A DNA stretch of 64,000 bases from Trichodelitschia bisporula. Lineage: Eukaryota. The stretch spans positions 1,334,217 to 1,398,216 of the forward strand of contig ML996690.1 in NCBI GenBank assembly GCA_010356995.1. The letters are read 5' to 3'. Below the pieces are notes generated by a model. It did no database searches. It had not been told where the DNA came from and was given only the letters and a program-made list of their open reading frames with translations. Below are positions 12,052 through 24,410 of this stretch, one piece after another; within the stretch, counting starts at the first letter, position 1; the number at the start of each line of letters is the position of its first letter. A program made the translations under genes and the position numbers.

Positions 12052-13308
12052 ATGCCGCCCAAACGAATGACGGCCAACCCGGCCCGTCCAGCGCGCCACT
12101 TCCCCGGTAAACGAGGCGCGCCCGTCGACGCGTCGTCCTCCTCCGAAGAATCTGGGGCCGAGGAAGAAACGCAAGAGCAGACGAAGCCTGCATCCAAGCC
12201 GGCGCCGGCTGCGTCGTCGTTCCCCAAGGATGCTGCGCGGCTGGAGTCGGGGCTGAAGAACGTCACCATCAATGCGCGAGACGGTGAAGCGACTGCGAGG
12301 GAAGTAGCACGAAAAGCGCAGGAACAAGCCGTGCACGCGGCGGAGGAGGAGTTTGAGACGGAGAGCAGTGAGGGGTCGGAAGAGGAGGAGAGCGGGAGCG
12401 AAGAGGAGGATGACAGCGAGGAAGGGAGCAGCAGCGAGGAAGAGAGCAGCAGCGACGACGACGCAGCCGCAAAGCGCAAACTCCTCCGCCCCGTCTTCAT
12501 CCGCAAAGGCGCACGCAAAGGTCCCGCCGCCGAGGCAGTCAAAACCGAAGAGCAAAAATGGGCCGAGGAAGAAGCGAGACGGAAATCCCGCGCCGACGCC
12601 CTGCTGCAAGAGCAGCTGGAAAAGAACGCAGCGGCCCGCGCCGCGGGCAAGAAGTTCTGGGACGACGAGGATGTGCCAGATGAGGTGGATGACACGGACG
12701 GGGTTGAGCCTGAGGCTGAGCGAGTGGCGTGGAAGCTGCGCGAGTTGCAGCGGGTGAAGCGCGAGCGGGATGCGCTTGTTGCGGCGGAGAAGGAGCGCGA
12801 GGAGGTGGAGCGGAGGCGCAATCTTACGGCTGAAGAGCGCGAGGCTGAGGATCGCGCGTTTTTGGAGGGGCAGAGGGAGGAACGAGAGGGCAGGGGCAAG
12901 ATGGGCTTCATGCAGAAGTACTTCCACAAAGGCGCGTACTACACCGACGAGGTTGCGAGCACGGGACTGGATAAGCGCGACATTATGGGCGGGCGGTACG
13001 AGGATGATGTCAGCAATCGCGAGTTGCTGCCGCAGTTTATGCAGATTCGGGATATGACGAAATTGGGCAAGAAGGGCAGGACGCGGTATCGCGATCTTAA
13101 GAGCGAGGATACGGGGCGTTGGGGCGAGTTTGGGGATCGACGGGGTGGGCGCGGTGAGGGGGGTGACGGCGATGAGCGGTTTCGGCAGGAGTATGATAAG
13201 GGTGGTGGGTTGGAGGCGTCGGGGGCTAATGCGAGCTTTCTTGGGGAGCGGAAGAGGGCTGGGAGTGCTGGGACGGGGCCGGAGGGGAAGAGGCTACGGG
13301 CTGATTGA
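12052..13308 (+). CDS. MFAP1: Microfibrillar-associated protein 1 (MFAP1/Prp19-binding spliceosomal B-complex factor)
   Basis: LLRPVFIRK, DDTDGVEPEAERVAWKLRELQRVKRER, FMQKYFHKGAYY, GKKGRTRYRDLKSEDT. Confidence 0.92.
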   Translation: MPPKRMTANPARPARHFPGKRGAPVDASSSSEESGAEEETQEQTKPASKPAPAASSFPKDAARLESGLKNVTINARDGEATAREVARKAQEQAVHAAEEEFETESSEGSEEEESGSEEEDDSEEGSSSEEESSSDDDAAAKRKLLRPVFIRKGARKGPAAEAVKTEEQKWAEEEARRKSRADALLQEQLEKNAAARAAGKKFWDDEDVPDEVDDTDGVEPEAERVAWKLRELQRVKRERDALVAAEKEREEVERRRNLTAEEREAEDRAFLEGQREEREGRGKMGFMQKYFHKGAYYTDEVASTGLDKRDIMGGRYEDDVSNRELLPQFMQIRDMTKLGKKGRTRYRDLKSEDTGRWGEFGDRRGGRGEGGDGDERFRQEYDKGGGLEASGANASFLGERKRAGSAGTGPEGKRLRAD

Positions 13309-13458
13309 GGTGCTATGGTTGTGAGTTATCGGTTGACACTGCGAACAATATAATGAGCATATAGTAACCGGTAGCCTAGCAGCGTTTCACTCGCAACGGG
13401 GCATGTTGGTACAGGAGTCAGGCAGACGGTTAATGGGAACGACGTTCACGGTTACGCT

Positions 13459-13547
13459 CTCGGTCGAGGCAGTCCCTCCCCTCAGTCAACGCAGTTCCTC
13501 CCCTCAGTCAACGCAGTCCCTTCCTCAGTCGAGGCAGTTCCTCCCCC
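13459..13547. repeat. Tandem repeat, ~22-bp unit x4 (TCAGTCRASGCAGTYCCTCCCC)
   Basis: Directly visible. Confidence 0.85.
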
Positions 13548-13619
13548 CCGAGCACAGTATCTAGACGGCACTTCGGCGGCAGCACTTGCCCGGGACTGCG
13601 CCTTACCCCGCTTTTGAAC

Positions 13620-16600
13620 GGCAATCGCGGCCATCGTGGTGGCGATTCCTTGGAAGGGAAGTCGCTTTTCAGCGCATTGTTGACAGTCCGCAGAGGGCAT
13701 AAACACCCGCCCCTTTCCTCCCACTTTCTCCCAAAGCCATTCCCGTTCCCTCGCAGCAGAACTCTCTCTCGACAACGACGTCCATTCGACACATCTCAAC
13801 ACCATTGTCAATCACTTCTATCAACCATGCGCCGTTCAGGTGCCATTGTTAGGGGGGTTCCCTAAACAAAAGCACCGAACGGCCATATGACCCAGCCATA
13901 TCACCAACCCGTGATGCAGACAACACGGCACCCCCACACTTCTCGTACCGCCCCCGCCTTCCCCTCATCCGCTCTCCCCTCAATCACCCTCCTCCTCTCC
14001 TCAACTTTGCAATCCTAAGTTTCGGATCATCATACTGCGGGTTCGTGACGGCAGCAGAACTCTCTCTCGACAACCACGTCCATTCGACACATCTTACCAC
14101 CATTGTCAATCACTTCTATCACCCATCTACCTTTTTCATTCTTTGTCTACGACACACGCTTTGGTCCTACCTGCCTTTGCACGGCAATAGCAGTCTCGCG
14201 GTGGTGATGGCTTGGAAGGAAAGTCGCTATGAAGCGCATTGTTGACAGTCCGTCGAAAACTTAAAACGTCGTGCTCTTCCTCTCACATCTTGCAACAACC
14301 GACTCACAACTCTCCAACACATTTCACTGCTTTCAACCGAACGTTTTTCCTCTACAGCCGCTCAGCGATGTCACAGGCCTGGTCAGTCGCCCTCCCAGAC
14401 CGGGGGCGAAGCTCCTGCCAGGCACCAGGTCGCCTCCTTTCCCGAGCCTCCAGTGAGATGGGGACTTAGGTCCTTCGTCTCTCACCCTCTCCTCCTCTCC
14501 TCAACTTTGCAATCCTGAGTTTCGGATCACCATATTGCGGGTTCGTGGCAGCAGCAGAACTCTCTCTCGGCAACGACATTCATTCGACACGTCTCACTAC
14601 CATTGCTACGTTTCCTTTTACCGTCCTTCTACCCTTCGTTCGTTCTTTCTCTACGACATACGCATCATACCATCAAACGCCCATATGCAATATCCTCGAC
14701 AGCAAGCTATGGTGCACATAACGGGGCACCCACGCACTTCTCGTCCCGGCCCCGCCGCCCCCTCACCCGCCCTCCCCTCAATCGCCCCCCCTCTCCATGC
14801 TCCCGCCGATCGTAAGCACCCCACCATGTTACAACATTGCCTCCATTCCCCAGGCCGAGCTTTGCTCCCTGGTGCCGCGTACGACTGGTTCGATATTGCA
14901 TCGACCGACGGGTAGGTCCAGAATTGCGAGAGGAGCTGATTAGGCTAAATCACTAGCCGGGACTGCTTGCAGAGTTCCTCCTCAAGCACGCCTATGCGGA
15001 CCCAGGCAACCTGAGTGCCTCTTCAGCTCAGATGCCATACAAATGTGGGCCACAGATCAAGGCGCAAGCGCCTTCGCCCCAGTTTCTGGATCCCCCACGC
15101 TCCGCGGAAATGGGACAATACCCTCATACCCCGCACACCCCTCCCAGGTCACCTCCGCTACACCACGCAGCCCCCAGTTCCAGACATACGCCTGGGTTAG
15201 ATTCCACCGGACTGGGACATCATCTTACCGTGACTCATCGATTTGGTGGATAGCGATCTGCTGTACCTCGCTTTGTGGTATACGGGCCGGTCATTTTCCG
15301 CCAATCTGCGGTTTCTCGAACCGCCCCTACACCGCGCACTCCTCTCCCAGTGCAGCTACGCTGCACAACGAAACCGGCCGTTCTAAGCCGTCCGTGGGAC
15401 CCGCGGCTTCTCGCCAACGTGGAGGAAATCATCTGGCGGGACCGGAGCAGCCTCATGCAGAGGTTTAAAAGCCTCTCTCTTCCGGTTCCGCCGGATTTCA
15501 ATCCGCTCCTCGCCCTCCTCCCCCCCCACTTCGCCGCCCTCCTTTCTCCACACCCTCACCTCGCCGCCACCCCGCGCCCCGTCCCCTCTTCTTCACCACA
15601 CCTCAATCCCCCATCTGGCCAATGGGGCACCATCACGATATTTTTTCTCGTCTTGTTGGTGTCCTGTGGAGTTTTGAGGTTGGGGCTCCTCCAGTGTTTG
15701 AACTGGAGGGCCAGGAGGGGGCGGAGGCCGGGGCTGGGGACGATTGAGGAGTAGGAGGCTGGTCTCGCACCGCCCTCATACCCCGCGCATCCCTCACTGT
15801 CCACCTCCGGTACACCGCGCAGCCCCATTTTCCGACATGCGCCTGGACCGGCTGCCACCGGGGTTCGCAGATATCATGTCCAGGGATATGCTGGGCCTCA
15901 TGATGACATTCATGGATGGGCTCTCTTTCCATGCCGCGGGATATCCATCCGCCGCATACCTGTCCAGGGATATCGATCTGCCGCCTGCCGGTCCCCGGCA
16001 TACCTATCCGCACCTCAATCTCCGTGCGACTTCTACTCAGATGTTGTACAAATGCGGGCCACAGATCAGAGCGCAATCGCCTTCTCCCCGGTACTTCAGC
16101 CGAAGCACTCCCCCCCTATGGGACGTCATTCGGCAGTTCATGGTGGAGTGTGCGCTCCTGTGCCTACTCCTCGTCGCTCTGTGTCGAGGTACGGTCTTTC
16201 ACAACACCTTCCACGCTCTTAGCGTCCTGAGAGAGTGTACCGCTCTACCGTTGCCCGCAACTTGTCCCCACCGCACGACCGTGCGGTCCGTGCCTTTCGG
16301 CGTGGAGATCCCCCGTTTGGGCCGCCAGTCGACGCGGCACCCCTGTTCGACTGGGTCACCATCACCATCACCATCACCCTCGTCATCATGGTGGTGTTGG
16401 TTTGGGGCTTTCGGCAGGGGGGAGGAGGTAGGGCGGTGGTGTCGATCACTCAGTCATGTCTTGCTGCGTTTGCTTTCATTCTTCGCTTCCTTGTTCTTCC
16501 ATGGCTCCGGTCCGGATATGTTGACGAATTTTTTAAGCGGCGTTGGTTCTTCATGGTTCATGCATGATGATGGTATCCACCGATTCGGAAGAGACCGGTC

Positions 16601-17130
16601 TGCTATACCTACCCTCATGGTATATGGATCGCCTTTTTCCCTTTCCGGTGCCCATCGATCCGCGGTCGCAGTTATCGGAGATGCGATGCGAGCCGCCATG
16701 AGCCAAGATGTCTTGCTATCAACTGCACACATACCCGTTCACGGTATGTCGAACTGGACTTGGACTTCATCTCTTCCCTGACCTTCGAAACATCTTCTCC
16801 CCCGCAAGTCGACACCCCCTCTTCCCTGCAACTGGACATCAGTGCCATCATTTTGCTCGTCAGTACGATGGGGGCCATAGTGGCATTGACAACGATCTCG
16901 ATGATCCCGATGGCCATTTTGCTTGCAATATTCGGCCGACACCGACGGGGAAGTGATGAGCATTCTGATCGGAGGGCGAGGCTGGACTGGAGCCTGGGGC
17001 CGGAGATGACTAAGGAGGGAGAGGACCAGGAGGCCGGGGCTGGAGCCGGATTAAGGAGGAGGAGGAGCTTCATTCGGCAGTCCATGGTGGTGTGAGCGCT
17101 CCTGTGCCTACTCCTCGTGGTTCTCTATCG
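13620..17130 (+). repeat. Mosaic of degenerate direct repeats
   Basis: GCAGCAGAACTCTCTCTCG..CATTCGACAC at ~13753/14051/14549; AAGTCGCT..AGCGCATTGTTGACAGTCCG at ~13659/14221; CCTCTCCTCAACTTTGCAATCCT at ~13994/14494; TACAAATG.GGGCCACAGATCA at ~15038/16047; CATACCCCGC..CACCTCCG.TACACC at ~15125/15777; CATTCGGCAGT.CATGGTGG..GCGCTCCTGTGCCTACTCCTCGT at ~16127/17071. Confidence 0.85.
16760..17095 (+). CDS. Putative small single-pass membrane protein
   Basis: Long hydrophobic stretch (ISAIILLVSTMGAIVALTTISMIPMAILLAIF) followed by basic RHRR; no recognised homology. Confidence 0.3.
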   Translation: MDFISSLTFETSSPPQVDTPSSLQLDISAIILLVSTMGAIVALTTISMIPMAILLAIFGRHRRGSDEHSDRRARLDWSLGPEMTKEGEDQEAGAGAGLRRRRSFIRQSMVV

Positions 17131-18300
17131 GGTGTTTGCATGGTGGATATATCGGGTTCGGGAATGGTGGCGTGGGTGGCCATGCCGGGTTGTCAATTGG
17201 AGGGGCATGAGGCGGGAGGTTCCTGGTATCATCATTGTCAAAGTTTTGGTTAATTTTATTGCTGGACTCATTGGTATGGCTGTGGGCGTTGGTGTTATGC
17301 TAGTTGTTCTTGAGGTTGCCCTTCGGCTCCTCACCGCTGTAGGGCGCTGTTGAGGTCATGCGGGATGATGGTATGTATGTGTGACGATACTAGCTACTGG
17401 TATGGCATCGGGAGATGTCAGCCCTCAGGGTGGTGAACATACCGCGCGAATGGATTTTATCGGTGTGGGTAGTGGCCGCCTTCGGCGCGGTCCTCACGAC
17501 CACGACTCCCACTCTCGCTCATAGGGCGCCGAAAGTGGCCAGCTACCTACAATTCTTCGGGGGAATACTCCCATTTTTAATTTCGGACTTAACATTCATT
17601 GCCTCAATTATACCCCCAGGATCCAGACCATTGCAGCGACGCACAGAACGGGCACCGGATGCGATCCGAAATACAGGTGCTCCTTCTGGAGTCTGAAATG
17701 GTACATCTTCAACCACCCCAGCGGAATAATGAGCTCACATGCATATAGTTGCATATAGTCGATTGAAAAAAGGCCACCTATCTCCTCCTACCTCGCCGTC
17801 TCTTCGTCCTACCCCATTCACTCTTCGACCTGCCGCCGATCCCTGCGTCTCGCCGGACTGGGAGTCATGTGGCGGCCACGACAACTGTGACGACTGGGAC
17901 CCAATGGAAATTGCGATTGGGATCCCCTTCATGGAGTCAGCATGACCCCCCGGGGCTCCCACAAATGTTGGAAGACCACGACCGCTTTTCCTCCGCGACC
18001 GCGCCCTTCGGCGTGGTGCGAGGCTGCCAGGAGACGCCGTGCCCCTGTTTGACTGTCTGACTATCACCCGAGGCATCTTGGTGGTGATAGTTTGGGGGTC
18101 GAGGCTTGGGATCTTTTGGTGGTTGGGCCGGAGGAGGAGGAAGTGGAGGAGGGGGAGGGCGGGGAGGAGTAGGTAGTGCACATTTTTAACAAGGCGTTGG
18201 TTCTTTATGGTTTATACGTGATGATGAGATGTTCGTGCGTTACGAGAGTCGATTGAAAAAGCCCCACCTATCTACTCCGCCCTCGACAGCAAGCCCCACC

Positions 18301-20842
18301 TCAATCATCAACCTGTCCATTCGTCGGAAAATCATACGGCCCCTTAACCGCATCTGCCGCGTGAAGGTTCCGGCCCTGAGGCACCATCCAATACTCATTC
18401 CCCCACTCACCATATGTGTACTTCTCACACCTGTAAAACGGTTGATTCCCCACCGCCTGATGTCCGCGGTAACCCCACTCACCGCGCACGGGAAACCTCC
18501 AATGCCGATCCGAGTGGTGCTCCTTGCACCCGTGCCCATGATCGCAATGACGCGCGTACGCCTCCGACGCATAAAGACCCGAGTAGTTCAAAAACTGCTG
18601 CGTCAGATCAAGCTCGCGACTATACCCCTCCGTCCAGGTAAACGGTCCGACCATACACGGAAAATTCTGCTTCTTGGTGTTAACCGGCGAAATGCACTCC
18701 CCGCCCGGGCACCGCGCAACCGCGAGATTAAACAACCCTCCATACTTCCCGCCGTATTTGGCCACCGCGCTGCCGGGCTTGTAATACTCAGCCGCGAAAT
18801 CGGGAATGTCGCTCAGCTCGGTGAACCCATGGTCGTCATAGTGTGCAATGCTGCTGCGCACCACGTCCTCGAGCGTCAGAGCGCCTGGCAGATTCCGCGC
18901 GCCGCGCGCCGCGCGCATGCGGCTCTTTCGGTGGGAGCCCGTTGATATTTCCTCCGAGAGCGTGTAGAGGTAGAAGACGCGGTTGGGCAACTCGGGGAGG
19001 CACATTTTGAGCCAAGGGGGACCACGGCGGTCGCCGTCGCACCCTGTGTCGTCTTCGGGGTCGGCGTCGACGATGTACGTCCATTGCATGCGCCAGGCGT
19101 GGTTGATGATGGGCGCGAAATAGACGCCGACGAAGTGGTTGACGGCTTCCTCAAAGTTGAAGGCTTTGCCGCTGACGGCGTAGCGCCTGGGACGTAGGTT
19201 AGTGGGGCCCGCGGGTGGGGGAAGTGACGAACCCGTCGAACAGTGCGTTGGCGAGGGTGAAGTTATTGACTTTCTTCCCGTCCAGCAGGCTCTTGCTCAG
19301 CATGTCATAAAAGCCCTCCGTCTTGATGACACCGCGGGCAAACAGCTCCGCGAAATCCATCGCCAGCACCTGCGTATTATCCATTTCGCCAATATGGTCG
19401 CCAATAACCGACGTTATACCCGCATACCCCCCACCAAACCAGCCTATCCAATCCTTCAAAAAATGCTGCCCGGGCGCGCTGTATATCAGGAGTGACGCGA
19501 GGATGGTATGCATAATCTGCCTCGTCTCAAACACTTGCTTCTTATTCATCGCCACCCGCGCCGAGTTCTCCGTAAAACGATCGACCCATTGCTGCTGCAA
19601 GCCCCCGAACCGCGAGGACGCCACTGTGGTTGCCTCATACGTCATGCGCTGAATATATGCAAACTGAGCAATAGCCTCGAGGTCATAATACGCCGCAATG
19701 CGGGTATTGTTGTCCAACTCTGGATTTAGATTCATGCAGCTCCCGATGGAGCAGAAGTCGTGACCGTCGCAGTGCATCATGCTGTCCGCGGCGAGCGGAG
19801 CATATTTCTGGAACATATGCTTTGCGAACCCACCCCTTCCGTCCAGCGCCTGGATCTCGCGGAATATGAGGCGGGTGGCGTTGGACTCGGCCCAGGTCTG
19901 GAGGGTGAGCGGTGGGATGCCGCACCGTGGTCCCTGGTAGACCGAGGTGTCGAATATGCCTTCGTCTTCGAGGTTTTTGCAGATGTCGATTAGGGCGTTG
20001 ATTTCTTCTTGTTGGAATTTGAGGGAGCCACGCATTTCCTCAATTTCGGAGATTAGTTGCTCGAGCTCGGGATCTTCTTCTTCATCGTCGTCTGCTTTGC
20101 GGATCTTTAGTGCGCGAGGGATGAAAGGTCTCAGGTGACCGAGCACCGTTTTTTTTGTCTTCTTTTTCACCGGGCAGTTCCACGGCACAAGCTCCAAGTC
20201 GGGATCCTCGTCCTCGTCGTCCTGGTCGTCGTCGTCGTCGTCGTCGTCGTTTGGTTTGCGGAACTTCAGTGTGCGACGGATGGAACGTCTCAGGCGAACG
20301 AGCACCGGTTCTGTTGTCTTCTTTTCCACCGGGCAGTTCCACGGCACAAGCTCCCGCCGACGAAGCATATGCTTGGTCTCGTTGTGCGCGTGCTCGATCT
20401 GTGCCTTCGCGAGACGGTGCTTCATGCTCGGGATCTTGGCGCAGCGTTCGCGGCTCGGCTTTTTGAGTGCTTCTCGCCGGTCCAGGAACGGGATGTCCGG
20501 CGTCACTGCATTGCCCGGAGGGTGTGTGATGGGGGCCGAGGAAACCTTGCCGTGGTTGAGGATCAGGACGACGAAGAGGGTGAGGACGAGGACTGCTATT
20601 ATGAAGCCGAGGAGAAGGAGGCTGGGCCGGGCAACTTTTGGACAGCTGGTGAGCCACTTGCGCTTTTGTGGAAGGGGGGAGGGAGAGGTTGGTCTGCTGG
20701 AGGGGCCTGAAGATGATGTCCAGATAGAGGAGCCGATGGAGGATTCCTCATCGGCCGTGGCAGTGGAAGATTCCTCGGACATGGTGGTGGGAATCTCGAT
20801 GACTATGGGGGTGGGCATCTCAATAACGATGGAGGTAGCCAT
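18301..20842 (-). CDS. Hypothetical membrane-anchored protein with Cys-containing extracellular domain (intron ~19188-19233)
   Basis: TM segment LLLLGFIIAVLVLTLFVVLIL; a GTTCGT..CTAAC..CAG intron joins the 594-aa and 262-aa ORFs in frame. The start codon is uncertain (20842 or 20782). Confidence 0.7.
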
Positions 20843-21582
20843 CTCGATGACGATGGGGAGATGGGGGATGACGGTAGGAGGTGCAGGGCAAGAGTGTGGG
20901 AGTAAGTGCCAGAATATCGATATGTGGAATGCAAAACGGGGGTACTCATCTCGTGGCCATGGTCCTTCTAAAGACCTGGCCATCGGAGTTCATGGGAAAA
21001 GTGCAACCTGTTAATGTTGGGCGTGATAGTGGTAGCGAAGCCTTGGACTCCCAAAGACTTCGACCCATGTAGCGTAGCGCTTTCCCGATTCGGCTCAGCC
21101 TTGCGGGTGGGTAGCGAGGCATCATAAGAACCGGCAACAGAATTATTGCGCCCTGCATTGTGTTAGGGTGTGGAATCTCGTAAACAGAACACTTTCTTAG
21201 AAGAGATAGGAGAATAGCGGCGGTATTCAATTGTAACGTGCGGGATGTGTAGATACAACCCCGCCTGCAGTGATGGGAGGAATGCGCAGTCGAAAGCGCA
21301 GTATACAGGCAAAGGCAAATGCGTAAACTAATGATTGAAGTGGAAGATAAAGAGAAGAGGAGATTCAGAGACTCTCGAGACTTAGATACACGATGCCAAG
21401 CGTCGTCGTCCTTTGCTCCTTCTGTCGTGCTCCCATTACATCATACCCTTCCTTACATAAGACTGCTCCTTCCATGTCTACATCATGTGGCACCTTGCCT
21501 GGCTCGTCGGGCATTGCAATTGACCGTCACTCCAGCTTTTAACCGTGATACCTAATCCATATAACCCCTCACGAACTTTTAT

Positions 21583-23044
21583 CTAAACCTTCACCGCCGC
21601 AACCTTCCCCTCGCTCTTGATCAACGCCCTGAGCATCTCAATCTGCTCCCTAACCGCCTTCTCACTCGTCCCCCCCGCACTCGTCCTCTGCTCCACACTC
21701 CGCGTATAATCAAAAACAGAATGCACATCCTCTCCAAACCTTGTATCCACACTCCTCAGCTCCTCCAAAGAGAGCTGATCCATCGGACGGCCCTCCTCCT
21801 CCGCCAGTGCCACCACCCTCCCGCTAATGTGATGCGTCTCGCGGAACGGCACGCCCTTGCGCACCAAATACTCCGCCAGGTCAGTGGCGAGCATGTCAGG
21901 CGAGAGGGCCGCGCGCATGCGCTCCGGGTTGATAGCAAGCGTGTTGACTACGCCCGTGGCGATGAGGATGCTATCCGTAACCGTCTTGACATGGTCAAAC
22001 ATCGGCTCTAGACTCTCCTGCAAATCCTTATTATAGGTGCTCGGAATGCCCTTGACACTCATCGTCAAGCCCGCAAGATGTCCAAACGCCCGTCCCGCCT
22101 TCCCGCGGAGCAATTCCAGGGAATCCGGGTTCTTCTTCTGCGGCATAAGCGACGAGCCAGTTGAGTACCCGTCGGAGAGCTGCACGAAGCCAAATTCGCT
22201 CGTGGAGTAGATGATCAGGTCCTCGGCCATGCGGCTCATGTGCGTCATGAGCATCATGCCCCACTGCATCGTCTCGACCACGAAATCGCGGTCCGCAACC
22301 CCGGCCATGCTATTCGGCAGCAGGCCTTCGAACCCAAGCTCCTTCGCCATGGCCGCGCGATCAATGCCAAACGGATTCCCCGCCAGCGCGCCGAAGCCGA
22401 GCGGGGAGCGGTTGACACGGCTCCGCACCTCACGCAGCCGCTCCAGATCGCTCGCAAACTGCGATCCATACGCCAGGAGCCAGTGCGCCCAGCGGATGGG
22501 CTGCGCGCGCTGCAAGTGTGTGTAGCCCGGCATGACGACGCTGATCTCCGTCTCCGCGCGGTCGGCAATGACCTGCAAAAAGGCCGCAAGATGCCCCTCG
22601 AGCTCTCGCAGCCTCTTCACAAGCCACAGGCGCATATCCGTAGCAATCTGCTCATTGCGGCTGCGGCCAGTGTGCAGCTTGCCCGCGATGTGCGTGCCGA
22701 TGATCTCGCCGAGGCGCCGCTCATTCGCGGTGTGGATGTCCTCGTCGCCCTTGGCGATGCGGAAGTTGTTGGTGTCCCACTCGACCTTTATTCTGAGGAG
22801 CCCGCCCATGATCTGGACGAATTCCTCCTCGGTGAGGCGGCCGGTTTTGACGTTGGCTCGGGCGAAGGCTATGCTGCCGTCGAGATCTTCCGCGTAGAGG
22901 ACGCGGTCGTAGTGGATTGACTCGTTGTAGGCTTCCATCAGTGGGTCGATGCCGCCTGGGTGGTTAGCTATGTACGGTAGTGAAGGGAGAGGGTGTACCC
23001 TTGAAGCGGCCGCCCCAGAGCTTGGCCTCTGGTTTGTCGGTCAT
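21583..23044 (-). CDS. ARG4: Argininosuccinate lyase (1 intron near 5' end)
   Basis: KLWGGRF N-terminus, EDIHTANERRL, LHTGRSRNEQ, MPGYTHLQRAQP, STGSSLMPQKKNPD signature. Confidence 0.97.
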
Positions 23045-23432
23045 GGTGATAGTGCGGTGAAGGGATCTGTTTACGGGACGTGTCGAATGGAGGAGAGGAC
23101 GGGAGGAAGGTCAATTGATATCGAGGTTGACCCCAAAAAGTCCGTGACAGTCACGGCTCGGAAAAAAGTTCTGGTGTGCGTCATGTTGGCGGGGTTGATC
23201 CTGGTCCGAAGGAAGGAGGGGCAGACGCCACTAGCCACTTTTGCGATGGCGCAGGTTCCTGTGGCGGTGCTGTCTTGCGCGAAACCGTCGAAAGTGGCGA
23301 CTGTCGCGCATTCACAACTCCAAACATCAACTTCAACCTCAACTCCAACCACAACCTCACCACCACATCCATCGTCTCGATCACAGCAACTCTCACCGCA
23401 CCTCTCACCATACCTCTCCCCCCACCGCAACC

Positions 23433-24410
23433 ATGCCAAAAGCCGAAGTCGGCTCCTCAAAATGGCTCGGCAACAAAATGAAAGCCAAAGGCCTGCAACG
23501 CCTACGCTGGTACTGTCAAGCCTGCGAAAAACAATGCCGGGACGAAAACGGCTTCAAACAACACACGCTCTCCGAGGGGCACGTCCGGGCCATGCACGCC
23601 ATCGGCGAGAACCCCAAAAAAGCCCTGCACGCCTACTCCTCCCAATTCAAGCGCGACTTCCTGACGCTCCTCCGCACCGCCCACGGGGAGAAATCTGTCC
23701 ACGCGAATCATTTCTATCAGGAGTATATTGCGAATAAGGAGCATATACATATGAACAGCACGCATTGGAATAGTTTGACGGAGTTTGTGAAGCATCTTGG
23801 GAGAGAGGGGATTTGTAGGGTTACGGAGACGGATAAGGGATTGCATGTTGCGTGGATTGATAATAGTCCGGAGGCGTTGAGGAGGCAGGATGCGGTTAGG
23901 AAGAGGGAGCGGTTGGATAGGGGGGATGAGGAGAGGGAGCAGGAGCAAATTTTGGAGCAGGTTGAGCGCGCGCAGAGGAAGGCGAGGGAGGCGGAACTGG
24001 CGAAGGCAAGGGAGGCGGAGATGGACCCGAAGCCGGAGGAGCCAAGGAAGGAGGTCGAGAAGGTGGTTATCGATCTTGGGGCCTTAAAGGCCGGCGCAGA
24101 GAAGGCTGCCGGTGATGCGCCTCCACCACCCGCCACCGCCGACCAGTCCACCGACACCACACCAGCACCTTCAACCCCCGCCCCACCAGCTCCCGTCTCC
24201 CTGTCCTTCAGCGCAAACCCGAAACCGAAAAACGTCTTCACGGCAGCGAAGAAGAACCCTCTCAACGCAAAGAAGACCGTCGTCAAAGAACCGCCGAAGA
24301 AGATGAGCGAGGCGGAACGGATCATGAAGGAGGAGCTGGAGCGGAAACGGTTCCGCGATGAGGCAGGCGGGGGTGGGAAGCGGATGAAGTTTAATATGGG
24401 TGGGCAATAG
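23433..24410 (+). CDS. RTS2: KIN17/Rts2 zinc-finger DNA/RNA-binding protein
   Basis: KAKGLQRLRWYCQACEKQCRDENGFKQH..SEGH, YQEYIANKEHIHMNSTHWNSLTEF. Confidence 0.95.
   Translation: MPKAEVGSSKWLGNKMKAKGLQRLRWYCQACEKQCRDENGFKQHTLSEGHVRAMHAIGENPKKALHAYSSQFKRDFLTLLRTAHGEKSVHANHFYQEYIANKEHIHMNSTHWNSLTEFVKHLGREGICRVTETDKGLHVAWIDNSPEALRRQDAVRKRERLDRGDEEREQEQILEQVERAQRKAREAELAKAREAEMDPKPEEPRKEVEKVVIDLGALKAGAEKAAGDAPPPPATADQSTDTTPAPSTPAPPAPVSLSFSANPKPKNVFTAAKKNPLNAKKTVVKEPPKKMSEAERIMKEELERKRFRDEAGGGGKRMKFNMGGQ

Noticed and set aside
10246..12929. Long antisense ORFs over BUD13 and MFAP1 (likewise over CWC23, KIN17, NACHT and the adhesin)
   Set aside because: Shadow ORFs expected from high GC and biased codon usage opposite recognisable genes.
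13400..17400. Intact transposable element
   Set aside because: No transposase/RT/gag ORF, TIRs, LTR pair or target-site duplication was recognisable.
20060..20360. Alpha-type pheromone precursor
   Set aside because: Only two repeats, no (EA/DA)n-KR spacer architecture, and embedded in a large TM protein.
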